The position numbers were made by a program, and so were the translations under genes. 64,000 nt of DNA. It comes from Amphiscolops sp. MND2022 (Eukaryota). Shown piece by piece: positions 37,992-53,623 of this stretch. The stretch spans positions 38,070,001 through 38,134,000 of the forward strand of contig OZ076409.1 in the NCBI GenBank assembly GCA_964187785.1, read 5' to 3'. Position 1 is the first letter of the stretch; every line of letters begins with the position of its first letter. The notes beneath the pieces were generated by a model that saw only the letters and a program-made list of their open reading frames with translations, was not told the DNA's origin and ran no database searches.

Positions 37992-40008
37992 CAGGACTGC
38001 GGGCGTCGGGTTAAAGGTATTTGGCATACGTCGTCGAAGGGCATGCCTCGGCATGCCCACAGACGATGTGCGTTGATGTATGCTATGGCGCGTCGGGTTG
38101 AAGTTTGAGCAACGGTAAGGTGCGGTTTCAGCTTCAAATATTTAAACGAAGCAAGGTTGTCTACGATTTTTAGTATTGTTACTAAGGTTCATCCAAGAAA
38201 ATTGGTTCGATAAAGTGTTTTCAGAGTATTTAGACCACATTAAAAGAGATTAAAAAAAGCATTTCTGACAAATATTCAGGAAACTAATATCCTAATAACG
38301 AAAACTAGACATAGTTTTAGTGCTTGGTATACTCTTGTTGATACTCTAATTGACACTAAAGCATTACAAATGTACCCAAAAACTTCTTTGTTGCATGAGT
38401 CTTGAAGGATAGCCTTTCTGAGTTGACACAAGGCCAACTTGAAAGGCTATCATAATATAACGGTTATGTTTTTTGAGGTTTTGGTGTTCCACAAACTACT
38501 ATGAAAAAATTTAAACTCTTCAAAAACGGTACTTATTAGCCTACAATAGAGATTTATTACACAAAAGTACGTTTTGACACATTTTAAAACCCGAAAAACA
38601 TACTCAGACCCAACGGGTTGGACTTCCGGGGCAATATACCGTTACCCCCACCATGTAATTGGACTATATTCACCTCTGGAAGAAATTGAAACACCTAACA
38701 TGTACTTTATTCGGTTAAATAACAAACATTTTTAATCAAAAAACACAACAAAATGTTACATTTTTTTGGTCATTTCCGGGGCCAGGGGGACTTCCGGGTC
38801 ATCATAACGGTTAATCCGGAATGCTCGTCACACTTCACGTCTTCCATCATATGGTGTCCAAAGTCATATTACCCCTCCTTCCTGCCCGAAATGGCCTTCA
38901 AAAACTATAAAAATCCCATTTTTCACTACATAACGGTCATTTCCGACCTAACGGGCCAACAGGGTGTGACTGAAACTAAATCCCCCAACTCGTCTCAATG
39001 AGTACTACAATATGTTACCTAACGTTGCCACGCTGGGACCGACACTTTGGGCTCAAAAAGTGACATTTCCGGTCACAAGGCGGTTAGGCTGGGGGGCCAA
39101 GTCCGTAACGGTGATAGATAGCGGAAATCTGTTCGCCCCCCTGAAGGCACCATATCATGGGTATGAAACCTTGTAGTAGTGAAGGACACGATAGCTCCAC
39201 GCGTTCACGAGTTAATTTCACTTCAATGCCCGTTTTACGGTTTTACCCCCAAAAAAAGGAGGCAGTCACCCCATTAGCGGCTAACGGGTCCGTTCAAAGG
39301 GTCCCAAACCACATGTTTCCAATAGGTCCTTGTCTAAACGTACTTTTGATATAAGGCACCCGACGCGCTACTACCACTCCTTCACACCGGAAATAACGGG
39401 GAAAATTGGCGGGGGCCACATTTAAAACCCACATAACGGTCATTTCCCGTCCGAGGGGTTAACCGGGGTCATTAAATTACATGTCCCCACTACGTCCCCA
39501 GATGCTCTACAAAACATTACCAGACGACCCCGCACTCAGACAACTCCTTCCCGGTCAAAAAGTGCAATTTCCGGTAAAATAGCGGTTTGAAACCCCCAAA
39601 CTACCGTTAATATCTCCCCAAGTTTCAGTCCGATATGGACCAAAATTTGTGTACGTACGCCTCTTGACATGCCCAACAATAAATCAGCAAGGCGTTACTG
39701 CGCTGGACCGACCATTTCCGAGTAATTGGCTGTGAAATGCAAAATTTTCAAAAAAACGCTATTTTTTACCCCAAAAACCGTTATTTTGACCCACTTTTCG
39801 ATTTTTGCCAGCAAAACGTCAGTAGGAAATGTTTCTTAGAACTGTTATAGGAAGCCGTGTGCCAAATTTCAGCCGAATCGTATGGCTAGTTTTCGAGATC
39901 GCATTTTTTTGACCCGGTCGCGGATAGGCTATTTTTGGTATCTAAGGCTCGCGACAGGACCCGTCTCCCGCGCTCGCAAATAAAGGTGGGGAAACAACCC
40001 CGACCACC
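37992..40008 (+). mobile_element. Class C2 cassette (2017 bp), copy 2
   Basis: Near-identical to 32099-34113 but with different flanking units. Confidence 0.7.
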
Positions 40009-43000
40009 TAGCAGCTACCGCGCTTATGTATATCTTGGCATACGTCGTCGAAGGGCATGCCTCGGCATGCCCACGGACGGGGGGCGTTGATAAATATGGG
40101 GGCGTTGATATAAAATAATTGTCGTTGTAAGCAACTTGGTATTTAAAGGCACGTGCTGATTTTTCTGCATATCCAGACAGATTACCAAGATTTAACTCTA
40201 TGAAAATGTCGGAACCAATATGTAATCCTTATACTGCGTAGCTCGGGAAGGTAAGGGCCGTAGTTCGGTGTTTTTTGCGAGTACATTCTCATCTCCCCCG
40301 GAAGGGGGGGATGGAATGTACTCAACTGTTTCAAGCTATTTGATGAGAAAAAAATGAATAAATACACAAAATTTTTTATTATAACAACAAAAAAGTATGT
40401 CAAACGACAACAAAGGGTGTTGATTGATTGCCAAACTGCAATGAATTACGTTTTGAGCAAACCATATTGCATCTCAATGGCTTTCAGATCAGATAAATAC
40501 TCATAATGTTTACTATTCACGTGCTTTACACCTCCAAACATCACCTTCAAAACGTCATAAGTCAACGTTGAGCCGAGATAAAAAGACGTTCTAAACGGCA
40601 TTTTTCTCCTCTAAACAAGGGCTTTGCACATGCATTCACTTGCTTTACTGGTTGGGGGGTCTTTTCCCCCACTTTGGGGGCCCAAATAACGGAAAAAAAA
40701 TTTTTGAAAATTTTTGAAATTTTCTAAGTCCCACAACTTTTCGCCCAGGAATGCTGGAACGCTGAAACTCCGTATTTAGGGCCAAATGGTTTTGCTGGGA
40801 ATAAAACCGGCCAGGGGAGGCCTTTAGGCGAGTGCATTTTCGAAAAAATGGCAAAGATAAGCTGGACCGTTAGAAAAATGAAACCCCCCCGCTCCGGAAA
40901 AACGCTATATCTCCTCGAGTTTAAGTCCGATTGAGCTGAAAATTTCACACAGCATTCCTGAGACAGTTTGCAAGGTTTCGTCAGAAAGGTTTGGAAGCGC
41001 TAGCGTGTACCCGTGGCGAGATATGAGATGAAATTTAAAAAAAGTTGAAAATTTTACCCCAAAAACCGTTATTTTGGTCAACAAAAAATGTTTAGCGGGA
41101 AAAACGTCAGTAGGGAATCATCTTCACCGTGCCGAGGGGGGTACGTGTGCCAAATTTCAGCCAAATCGTATGGCTAGTTTAGGAGATCGTCGAAATCACA
41201 TGCCCGTTTAGGAGTTGGAAACACCTGGATCTTAAAGCGCGCAAAGGGACCCTCCCCAAGGCGCGCAAACTTGTCGAATAGAAAATCCCGGCACCTAGCG
41301 GCTACCGCGCTCATTTGGCATACGTCGTCGAAGGGCATGCCTCGGCATGCCCACGGACGGGGGGCGTTGATAAATATGGGGGCGTTGATAGAAAATAATT
41401 GTCGTTGTAAGCAACTTGGTATTAAAAGGCACGTGCTGATTTTTCTGCATATCCAGACAGATTACCAAGATTTAACTCTATGAAAATGTCGGAACCAATA
41501 TGTAATCCTTATACTGCGTAGCTCGGGAAGGTAAGGGCCGTAGTTCGGTGCTTTTTGCGAGTACATTCTCATCTCCCCCGGAAGGGGGGATGGAATGTAC
41601 TCAACTGTTTCAAGTTATTTGATGTGAAAAAAATGAATAAATACACAAAATTTTTTATTATAACAACAAAAAAGTATGTCAAACGACAACAAAGGGTGTT
41701 GATTGATTGCCAAACTGCCATGAATTACGTTTTGAGCAAACCATATTGCATCTCAATGGCTTTCAGATCAGATAAATACTCATAACGTTTACTATTCACG
41801 TGCTTTACACCTCCAATCATCACCTTCAAAACGTCATAAGTCAACGTTGAGCCAAGATAAAAAGACGTTCTAAACGGCATTTTTCTCCTCTAAACAAGGG
41901 CTTTGCACATGCATTCACTTGCTTTACTGGTTGGGGGGTCTTTTCCCCCACTTTGGGGGCCTAAATAACGGAAAAAAATTTTTTGAAAATTTTTGAACTT
42001 TTCTAAGTCCCAAAACTTTTCGCCCGGGAATGCTGGAACGCTGAAACTCCGTATTTAGGGCCAAATGGTTTTGCTGGGAATAAAACCGGCCAGGGGAGGC
42101 CTTTAGGCGAGTGCATTTTCGAAAAAATGGCAAAGATAAGCTGGACCGTTAGAAAAATGAAACCCCCCCGCTCCGGAAAAACGCTATATCTCCCCGAGTT
42201 TGAGTCCGATTGAGCTGCAAATTTCACACCGTTTTCCTGAGACAGTTTGCAAACTTTCGTCAGCAAGGATTTGAAGCGCTAGCGTAAACCTGTCGCGAGA
42301 TATAAGATGAAATTTAAAAAAAATCAAAAATTTTCCACCAAAAACCGTTATTTTGGTCAACAAAAAATGTTTAGCGGGCAAAACGTCAGTAGGGAATCAT
42401 CTTCACCGTGCCGAGGGGGGTACGTGTGCCAAATTTCAGCCAAATCGTATGGCTAGTTTACGAGATCGGAGATAACTGGGGTGTGAATTTGGAGTAGGAA
42501 AACCGAAAACACAGGAGCGCGCCAGGGGCCCTACCCACACGCGCCACTTCCTCGAACGAATAGAAAATCCCGGCACCTAGCTGCTACCGCGCTCGGGAGT
42601 ATATCTTGGTATACGTCGTCGAAGGGCATGCCTCGGCATGCCCACGGACGGTGGGCGTTGATGTGAACTATGGGGCGTTGACGTAAAAGAGATGGCGTTG
42701 TTAAGATACTTGATATAAAAGAGCACGTGCGGCATTTTCTTCATTTCCAGTCAAATTACAAAGATAAAATTATGTCAAAATATCTGGATCAAAACGCAAT
42801 TTTTATGGGGCGTTGCTCGGGGAAGGTAAGTACTGTAGTACCTGGTCTCTAAAGAGTACATTCTCATCTCCCCCGTGAAGGGAGATGGAATGTACTCAAC
42901 TGTTTCGAGTCATGAGATCAGAAAAAAAATGTGAATAATTATAAATAAAATTTGATTTTAGTCGGAAAAATTTTTTAAAACAGAGTCAAAAGACACAAAA

Positions 43001-45184
43001 AAGTGTTGATGCATTGCTAAATTAGAATTAAACACGTTCTGAGTCGCACAGCGTGTATCTCAATGGCTTTTAGAAGAGCTAAAGACACAATAAATTACCT
43101 TTTCACATGCTTCACACATCCAAACATCACCTTCAAAACAACATAAGTCAACGACAGGTTAAAATAAAAAGACGATCTAAACGGCATTTTTCTCCTCTAA
43201 ACATGGCCTTTCCACATGAATTCACTCAAATTACTGGTTGGGGGGTCTTTTCCCCTCGGGGGGGAGGGCGGAAAACGGAAAAAATTTTTTTGAAAAATTT
43301 TGAAATTTTTCTAAGTCCCACAACTTTTCGCCCGGGAATGCTGGAACGCTGAAACTCCGTATTTAGGGCCAAATGGTTTTGCTGGGATTAAAACCGGCCA
43401 GGGGAGGCCTTTAGGCGAGTACATTTTCGAAAAAATGGCAAAGATAAGCTGGACCGTTAGAAAAATTTCTAAAAAATTCCCAAAAAATGCCGTTATATCT
43501 CCAAGACTATTTGTCCGATCGAAACGAGCCTAGGTTCTCCGTAAAGCCCATGAACCGTAGAGTTTATAATCAGTTTAACGCGTCCCGCTCCGGACACCCT
43601 GAAAAAAGATATGGGCTCCGAAAAAAAAATTTTTGAAAAAATCGCATTTTTTGACCAAAAAAACCGTTATAAGTCAACAAAAAAAATTTTCCGGGCAAAA
43701 CGCCAGTAGGAAATGTTTCTTAGAACTGTCATAGGAACTCACATGCCAAATTTCAGCCGAATCGTATGGATAGTTTAGAAAATCGCTCAGAATGCTGCCG
43801 GAAATTACAGATTTTAAAACAGGGACACAAGAGCGCGCCACGGGGCCCTACCCACACGCGCAACATACTTTAATGAATAGAAATCCGGGCACCTAGCAGC
43901 TACCGCGCTAACGCATATTTTGGTGCGGGTCGTCGAAGGGCATGCCTCGGCATGCCCACGGACGGGGGGCGTTGATAAATATGGGGGCGTTGATATAAAA
44001 TAATTGTCGTTGTGAGCAACTTGGTATTAAAAGGCACGTGCTGATTTTTCGGCATATCCAGACAGATTACCAAGATATAACTCTATGAAAATGTCGGAAC
44101 CAATATGTAATCCTTATACTGCGTAGCTCGGGAAGGTAAGGGCCGTAGTTCGGTGCTTTTTGCGAGTACATTCTCATCTCCCCCGGAAGGGGGGATGGAA
44201 TGTACTCAACTGTTTCAAGTTATTTGATGAGAAAAAAATGAATAATTACACAAAATTTTTTTTATAACAACAAAAAAGTATGTCAAACGACAACAAAGGG
44301 TGTTGATTGATTGCCAAACTGCCATGAATTACGTTTTGAGCAAACCATATTGCATCTCAATGGCTTTCAGATCAGATAAATACTCATAACGTTTACTATT
44401 CACGTGCTTTACACATCCAAACATCACCTTCAAAACGTCATAAGTCAACGTTGAGCCAAGATAAAAAGACGTTCTAAACGGCATTTTTCTCCTCTAAACA
44501 AGGGCTTTGCACATGCATTCACTTGCTTTACTGGTTGGGGGGTCTTTTCCCCCACTTTGGGGGCCCAAATAACGGAAAAAAAAATTTTTGAAATTTTTTG
44601 AACTTTTCTAAGTTCCACAACTTTTCGCCCAGGAATGCTGGAACGCTGAAACTCCGTATTTAGGGCCAAATGGTTTTGCTGGGAATAAAACCGGCCAGGG
44701 GAGGCCTTTAGGCGAGTGCATTTTCGAAAAAATGGCAAAGATAAGCTGGACCGTTAGAAAAATGAAACCCCCCCGCTCCGGAAAAACGCTATATCGCCTC
44801 AAGTTTGAGTCCGATTGAGCTGAAAATTTCACACAGCATTCCTGAGACAGTTTGCAAACTTTCGTCAGCAAGGTTTGGAAGCGCTAGCGTGTACCCGTGG
44901 CGAGATATAAGATGAAATTTAAAAAAAGTTGAAAATTTTACCCCAAAAACCGTTATTTTGGTCAACAAAAAATGTTTAGCGGGAAAAACGTCAGTAGGAA
45001 ATCATCTTCACCGTGCCGAGGGGGGTACGTGTGCCAAATTTCAGCCAAATCGTACGGCTAGTTTTCGAGATCCCAAAGTTTTTGATGGGTACGTAAAGGT
45101 TAAAAAATCCGAAATCCCGGGAGCGCGTCAGGGACCCTCCCCAACCGCGCAACTTCCCCCATTGTGTAAAAAAACACCGGCACC
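40009..45184 (+). mobile_element. Four class B cassettes
   Basis: Units start at 40009, 41296, 42578 and 43894. Confidence 0.7.
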
Positions 45185-47199
45185 CAGGACTGCGGGCGTC
45201 GGGTTAAAGGTATTTGGCATACGTCGTCGAAGGGCATGCCTCGGCATGCCCACAGACGATGTGCGTTGATGTATGCTATGGGGCGTCGGTTGAAGTTTGA
45301 GCAACGGTAAGGTGCGGTTTCAGCTTCAAATATTTAAACGAAGCAAGGTTGTCTACGATTTTTAGTATTGTTACTAAGGTTCATCCAAGAAAATTGGTTC
45401 GATAAAGTGTTTTCAGAGTATTTAGACCACATTAAAAGAGATTAAAAAAAGCATTTCCGACAAATATTCAGGAAACTAATATCCTAATAACGAAAACTAG
45501 ACATAGTTTTAGTGCTTGGTATACTCTTGTTGATACTCTAATTGACACTAAAGCATTACAAATGTACCCAAAAACTTCTTTGTTGCATGAGTCTTGAAGG
45601 ATAGCCTTTCCAAGTTGACACAAGGCCAACTTGAAAGGCTATCATATTATAACGGTTATGTTTTTTGAGGTTTTGGTGTTCCACAAACTACTATGAAAAA
45701 ATTTAAACTCTTCAAAAATGGTCCTTATTAGCCTACAATAGAGATTTATTACACAAAAGTACGTTTTGACACATTTTAAAACCCGAAAAACATACTCAGA
45801 CCCAACGGGTTGGACTTCCGGGGCAATATACCGTTACCCCCCACCATGTAATTGGACTATATTCACCTCTGGAAGAAATTGAAACACCTAACATGTACTT
45901 TATTCGGTTAAATAACAAACATTTTTAATCAAAAAACACAAAATGTTACATTTTTTTGGTCATTTCCGGGGCCAGGGCGACTTCCGGGTCATCATAACGG
46001 TTAATCCGGAATGCTCGTCACACTTCACGTCTTCCATCATATGGTGTCCAAAGTCATATTACCCCTCCTTCCTGCCCGAAATGGCCTTCAAAAACTATAA
46101 AAATCCAATTTTTCACTACATAACGGTCATTTCCGACCTAACGGGCCAACAGGGTGTGACTGAAACTAAATCCCCCAACTCGTCTCAATGAGTACTACAA
46201 TATGTTACCTAACGTTGCCACGCTGGGACCGACACTTTGGGCTCAAAAAGTGACATTTCCGGTCACATAGCGGTTAGGCTGGGGGGCCAAGTCCGTAACG
46301 GTGATAGATAGCGGAAATCTTTTCGCCCCCCTGAAGGCACCATATCATGGGTATGAAACCTTGTAGTAGTGAAGGACACGATAGCTCCACGCGTTCACGA
46401 GTTAATTTCACTTCAATGCCCGTTTTACGGTTTTACCCCCAAAAAAAGGAGGCAGTCACCCCATTAGCGGCTAACGGGTCCGTTCAAAGGGTCCCAAACC
46501 ACATGTTTCCAATAGGTCCTTGTCTAAACGTACTTTTGATATAAGGCACCCGACGCGCTACTACCACTCCTTCACACCGGAAATAACGGGGAAAATTGGC
46601 GGGGGCCACATTTAAAACCCACATAACGGTCATTTCCCGTCCGAGGGGTTAACCGGGGTCATTAAATTACATGTCCCCCACTACAACCCCAGATGCTCTA
46701 CAAAACATTACCAGACGACCCCGCACTCAGACAACTCCTTCCCGGTCAAAAAGTGCAATTTCCGGTAAAATAGCGGTTTGAAACCCCCAAACTACCGTTA
46801 ATATCTCCCCCAGTTTCAGTCCGATATAGACCAAAATTTGTGTACGTACGCCTCTTGACGTGCCCAACAATAAATCAGCAAGGCGTTACTGCGCTGGACC
46901 AACCAGTCCCGAGTAATTGGCTGTGAAATGCAAAATTTTCAAAAAAACGCTACTTTTTACCCCAAAAACCGTTATTTTGACCCACTTTTCGATTTTTGCC
47001 AGCAAAACGTCAGTGGGAAATGTTTCTTAGAATTGTTATAGGAAGCCGTGTGCCAAATTTCAGCCGAATCGTACGGCTAGTTTTCGAGATCGCATTTTTT
47101 TGACCCGGTCGCGGATAGGCTATTTTTGGTATCTAAGGCTCGCGACAGGACCCGTCTCCCGCGCTCGCAAATAAAGGTGGGGAGAAAACCCCGACCACC
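45185..47199 (+). mobile_element. Class C2 cassette (2015 bp), copy 3
   Basis: Near-identical to 32099-34113. Confidence 0.7.
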
Positions 47200-50100
47200 T
47201 AGGCTAACGCGTTAACGCATATCTTGGTATACGTCGTCGAAGGGCATGCCTCGGCATGCCCACGGACGGGGGGCGTTGATAAATATGGGGGCGTTGATAT
47301 AAAATAATTGTCGTTGTAAGCAACTTGGTATTAAAAGGCACGTGCTGATTTTTCTGCATATCCAGACAGATTACCAAGATTTAACTCTATGAAAATGTCG
47401 GAACCAATATGCAATCCTTATACTGCGTAGCTCGGGAAGGTAAGGGCCGTAGTACGGTGCTTTTTGGGAGTACATTCTCATCTCCCCCGGAAGGGGGGGA
47501 TGGAATGTACTCAACTGTTTCAAGTTATTTGATGAGAAAAAAATGAATAAATACACAAAATTTTTTATTATAACAACAAAAAAGTATGTCAAACGACAAC
47601 AAAGGGTGTTGATTGATTGCCAAACTGCGATGAATTACGTTTTGAGCAAACCATATTGCATCTCAATGGCTTTCAGATCAGATAAATACTCATAACGTTT
47701 ACTATTCACGTGCTTTACACCTCCAAACATCACCTTCAAAACGTCATAAGTCAACGTTGAGCCAAGATAAAAAGACGTTCTAAACGGCATTTTTCTCGTC
47801 TAAACAAGGGCTTTGCACATGCATTCACTTGCTTTACTGGTTGGGGGGTCTTTTCCCCCACTTTGGGGGCCCAAATAACGCAAAAAAATTTTTTGAAAAT
47901 TTTTGAAATTTTCTAAGTCCCACAACTTTTCGCCCGGGAATGCTGGAACGCTGAAACTCCGTATTTAGGGCCAAATGGTTTTGCTGGGAATAAAACTGGC
48001 CAGGGGAGGCCTTTAGGCGAGTGCATTTTCGAAAAAATGGCAAAGATAAGCTGGACCGTTAGAAAAATGAAACCCCCCCGCTCCGGAAAAACGCTATATC
48101 TCCTCGAGTTTAAGTCCGATTGAGCTGAAAGTTTCACACAGCATTCCTGAGACAGTTTGCAAACTTTCGTCAGCAAGGTTTGGAAGCGCTAGCGTGTACC
48201 CGTGGCGAGATATAAGATGAAATTTAAAAAAAGTTGAAAATTTTACCCCAAAAACCGTTATTTTGGTCAACAAAAAATGTTTAGCGGGAAAAACGTCAGT
48301 AGGGAATCATCTTCAGCGTGCCGAGGGGGGTACGTGTGCCAAATTTCAGCCAAATCGTATGGCTAGTTTACGAGATCCCAATTTTTTATGTCGTTTTCAT
48401 CGGTTGAAAGACCCGATACCACGGAAGCGCGTCAGGGACCCTCCCCAACCGCGCAACTTCCCCCATTGTGTAAAAAAACACCGGCACCTAGCGGCTACCG
48501 CGTTCGAATATATTTTGCTATACGTCGTCGAAGGGCATGCCTCGGCATGCCCACGGACGGGGGGCGTTGATGTGTGTGGGGGGCGTTGACGTTAGAGATG
48601 AGTTGTGGTAAAGTAAGATTCAATATGGGTCAAAATCGTTCACTTTGCCGAGTCACTGAGTGAAAAAAAAAAGTTTTCTGCGACAAACTGAAACAATTTT
48701 CAATTGCTTTTGTGTTGTGGAAGATATAGACCGTAGTTCCTGACCTTTAGCGAGTACATTCTCATCTCCCCCGGGAAGGGAGATGGAATGTACTCAACTG
48801 TTTCAAGTTATTTGATGAGAAAAAATGAATAAATACACAAAAAAATTGTTATTATAGAAAAGAAAATTACGTCAAAAGACATCAAAGGGTGTCAATGGAC
48901 AGCGGAACTGCAACGAAACACGTTTTGAGCAAAACATGTTGTATCTCAATGGCTTTCAGATGGGATAAATACTCAAAATATCAATTTTCTGTATCTAACG
49001 GTCACCTTCAAAACGACAAAAGTCAATGTCAAGTTAAGATAAAAAGACATTCTAAACGCCATTTTTTTTGTCTAAACAAGGGCTTTCCACATGCATTCAC
49101 TTGCTTTACTGGTTGGGGGGTGCTTTCCCCCACTTTGGGGGCCCAAATAACGGAAAAAAAATTTTTTGAAAATTTTTGAAATTTTCTAAGTCCCACAACT
49201 TTTCGCCCGGGAATGCTAGAACGCTGAAACTCCGTATTTAGGGCCAAATGGTTTTGCTGGGAATAAAACCGGCCAGGGGAGGCCTTTAGGCGAGTGCATT
49301 TTCGAAAAAATGGCAAAGATAAGCTGGACCGTTAGAAAAATGAAACCCCCCCGCTCCGGAAAAACGCTATATCTCCCCGAGTTTAAGTCCAATTGAGCTG
49401 AAAATTTCACACAGCATTCCTGAGACAGTTTGCAAAGTTTCGTCAGCAAGGTTTGGAAGCGCTAGCGTGTACCCGTGGCGAGATATAAGATGAAATTTAA
49501 AAAAAGTTGAAAATTTTACCCCAAAAACCGTTATTTTGGTCAACAAAAAATGTTTAGCGAGTAAAACGTCAGTAGGGAATCATCTTCACCGTGCCGAGGG
49601 GGGTACGTGTGCCAAATTTCAGCCAAATCGTATGGCTAGTTTACGAGATCCCAATTTTTTATGTCGTTTTCATCGGTTGAAAGACCCGATACCACGGAAG
49701 CGCGTCAGGGACCCTCCCCAACCGCGCAACTTCCCCCATTGTGTAAAAAACACCGGCACCTAGGCTAACGCGCTCGACCATATCTTGGTATACGTCGTCG
49801 AAGGGCATGCCTCGGCATGCCCACGGACGGGGGGCGTTGATAAATATGGGGGCGTTGATATAAAATAAATGTCGTTGTGAGCAACTTGGTATAAAAAAGC
49901 ACGTGCTGGTTTTTCTGCATACCCAGACAGATTACCAAGATATAACTCTATCAAAATGTCGGAACCAATATGAAATCTTTATACTGCGTAGCTCAGGAAG
50001 GTAAGGGCCGTAGTTCGGGGCTTTTTGCGAGTACATTCTCATCTCCCCCGTGAAGGGGGGATGGAATGTACTCAACTGTTTCAAGTTATTTGATGAGAAA

Positions 50101-53100
50101 AAAATGAATAAATACACGAAATTTTTTCTTATATCAACAAAAAAAGATGTCAAATGACAACAAAGGGTGTTGATTGACTACCAAACTGATATGAATTACG
50201 TTTTGAGCAAAACAGGTTGCATCTCAATGGCTTTCAGATCAGATAAATACTCATAACGTTTACTTTTCACGTGCTTCACACCTCCAAACATCACATTCAA
50301 AACGTCATAAGTCAACGTTGAATAAAGATAAAAAGACAATTTAAACGGGATTTGTCTCCTCTAAACATGGCCTTTCCACATGAATTCACTCAAATTACTG
50401 GTTGGGGGTCTTTTCCCCTCGGGGGGGAGGGCGTAAAACCGAAAAAAAAAAATTTGAAATTTTTTGAAATTTTCTAAGTCCCACAACTTTTCGCCCGGGA
50501 ATGCTGGAACGCTGAAACTCCGTATTTAGGGCCAAATGGTTTTGCTGGGAATAAAACCGGCAAGGGGAGGTCTTTAGGCGAGTACATTTTCGAAAAAATG
50601 GCTAAGATATGCTGGACCGTTAGAAAAATGAAACCCCCCCGCTCCGGAAAAACGCTATATCTCCCCGAGTTTGAGTCCAATTGAGCTGAAAATTTCACAC
50701 CGCATTCCTGAGACAGTTTGCAAGCTTTCTTTAGCAGGGTTTTGAAGCGCTAGCGTAAACCCGTGGCGAGATATAAGATAAAATTTTAAAAAAATTCAAA
50801 ATTTTACCCCAAAAACCGTTATTTTGGACAACAAAAAAAATTTTGCGGGAAAAACGTCAGTAGGAAATCATCTTCACCGTGCCGAGGGGAGTACGTGTGC
50901 CAAATTTCAGCCAAATCGTGTGGCTAGTTTAGGAGATCCCGAAAAATCGACCCCTGTTTCCTAGCTGGTGAACACCATACCCAAGAGCGCGCAAGGGACC
51001 CTACCCAAGGCGCGCCACATACTTTATCGAATAGAAATCCCGGCACCTAGCGGCTACCGCGCTAACGCATATTTTGGTGCGGGTCGTCGAAGGGCATGCC
51101 TCGGCATGCCCACGGACGGGGGGCGTTGATAAATATGGGGGCGTTGATATAAAATAATTGTCGTTGTGAGCAACTTGGTATTAAAAGGCACGTGCTGATT
51201 TTTCGGCATATCCAGACAGATTACCAAGATATAACTCTATGAAAATGTCGGAACCAATATGTAATCCTTATACTGCGTAGCTCGGGAAGGTAAGGGCCGT
51301 AGTTCGGTGCTTTTTGCGAGTACATTCTCATCTCCCCCGGAAGGGGGGGATGGAATGTACTCAACTGTTCCAAGTTATTTGATGAGAAAAAAATGAATAA
51401 ATACACAAAATTTTTTATTTTAACAACAAAAAAGTATGTCAAACGACAACAAAGGGTGTTGATTGATTGCCAAACTGCAATGAATTACGTTTTGAGCAAT
51501 CATATTGCATCTCAATGGCTTTCAGATCAGATAAATACTCATAACGTTTACTATTCACTTGCTTTACACCTCCAAACATCACCTTCAAAACGTCATAAGT
51601 CAACGTTGAGCCAAGATAAAAAGACGTTCTAAACGGCATTTTTCTCCTCTAAACATGGCCTTTCCACATGCATTCACTTGATTTACTGGTTGGGGGGTCT
51701 TTTCCCCCACTTTGGGGGCCCAAATAACGAAAAAAAAATTTTTTGAAAATTTTTGAAATTTTCTAAGTCCCACAACTTTTCGCCCGAGAATGCTGGAACG
51801 CTGAAACTCCGTATTTAGGGCCAAATGGTTTAGCTGGGAGTAAAACCGGCCAGGGGAGGCCTTTAGGCGAGTGCATTTTCGAAAAAATGGCAAAGATAAG
51901 CTGGACCGTTAGAAAAATGAAACCCCCCCGCTCCGGAAAAACGCTATATCTCCTCGAGTTTAAGTTCGATTGAGCTGAAATTTTCACACAGCATTCCTGA
52001 GACAGTTTGCAAACTTTCGTCAGCAAGGTTTGGAAGCGCTAGCGTGCACCCGTGGCGAGATATAAGATGAAATTTAAAAAAAGTTGAAAATTTTACCCCA
52101 AAAACCGTTATTTTGGTCAACAAAAAATGTTTAGCGGGAAAAACGTCAGTAGGAAATCATCTTCACCGTGCCGAGGGGGGTACGTGTGCCAAATTTCAGC
52201 CAAATCGTATGGCTAGTTTACGAGATCTCAATTTTCTTTGTCGATTTCACTAGTTGAAAAACCTGATCTCACGGAAGCGCGTCAGGGACCCTCCCCAACC
52301 GCGCAACTTCCCCCATTGTGTAAAAAGACACCGGCACCTAGGCTAACGCGCTCGAACATATCTTGGTATACGTCGTCGAAGGGCATGCCTCGGCATGCCC
52401 ACGGACGGGGGGCGTTGATAAATATGGGGGCGTTGATATAAAATAATTGTCGTTGTGAGCAACTTGGTATAAAAAAGCACGTGCTGGTTTTTCTGCATAC
52501 CCAGACAGATTACCAAGATATAACTCTATCAAAATGTCGGAACCAATATGCAATCTTTATACTGCGTAGCTCAGGAAGGTAAGGGCCGTAGTTTGGGGCT
52601 TTTTGCGAGTACATTCTCATCTCCCCCGTGAAGGGGGGATGGAATGTACTCAACTGTTTCAAGTTATTTGATGAGAAAAAAATGAATAAATACACAAAAT
52701 TTTTTCTTCTATCAACAAAAAAAGATGTCAAATGACAACAAAGGGTGTTGATTGACTACCAAACGGATATGAATTACGTTTTGAGCAAAACAGGTTGCAT
52801 CTCAATGGCTTTCAGATCAGGTAAATACTCATAACGTTTACTTTTCACGTGCTTCACACCTCCAAACATCACCTTCAAAACGTCATAAGTCAACGTTGAA
52901 TAAAGATAAAAAGACGATTTAAACGGGATTTTTCTCCTCTAAACATGGCCTTTCCACATGAATTCACTCAAATTACTGGTTGGGGGGTCTTTTCCCCTCG
53001 GGGGGAGGGCGGAAAACCGAAAAAAAAAATTTGAAAATTTTTGAAATTTTCTAAGTCCCACAACTTTTCGCCCGGGAATGCTGGAACGCTGAAACTCCGT

Positions 53101-53623
53101 ATTTAGGGCCAAATGGTTTTGCTGGGAATAAAACCGGCCAGGGGAGGCCTTTAGGCGAGTGCATTTTCGAAAAAATGGCAAAGATAAGCTGGACCGTTAG
53201 AAAAATGAAACCCCCCCGCTCCGGAAAAACGCTCTATCTCCCCGAGTTTAAGTCCGATTGAGCTGAAAATTTCACACCGCATTCCTGAGACAGTTTGCAA
53301 GCTTTCTTTAGCAGGGTTTTGAAGCGCTAGCGTAAACCGGTGGCGAGATATAAGATAAAAATTAAAAAAAATTCAAAATTTTCCACCAAAAACCGTTATT
53401 TTGGACAACAAAAAAAATTTTGCGAGCAAAACACTAGTAGGAAATCATCTTCACCATGCCGAGGGGAGTACGTGTGCCAAATTTCAGCCAAATCGTGTGG
53501 CTAGTTTAGGAGATCCCGAAAAATCGACCCCTATTTCCTAGCTGGTGAACACCATACCCAAGAGCGCGCCAGGGACCCTACCCACACGCGCCACATACTT
53601 TATCGAATAGAAATCCCGGCACC
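47200..53623 (+). mobile_element. Five class B cassettes
   Basis: Units start at 47200, 48489, 49761, 51048 and 52339. Units 49761 and 52339 are the same subtype as 13867. Confidence 0.7.
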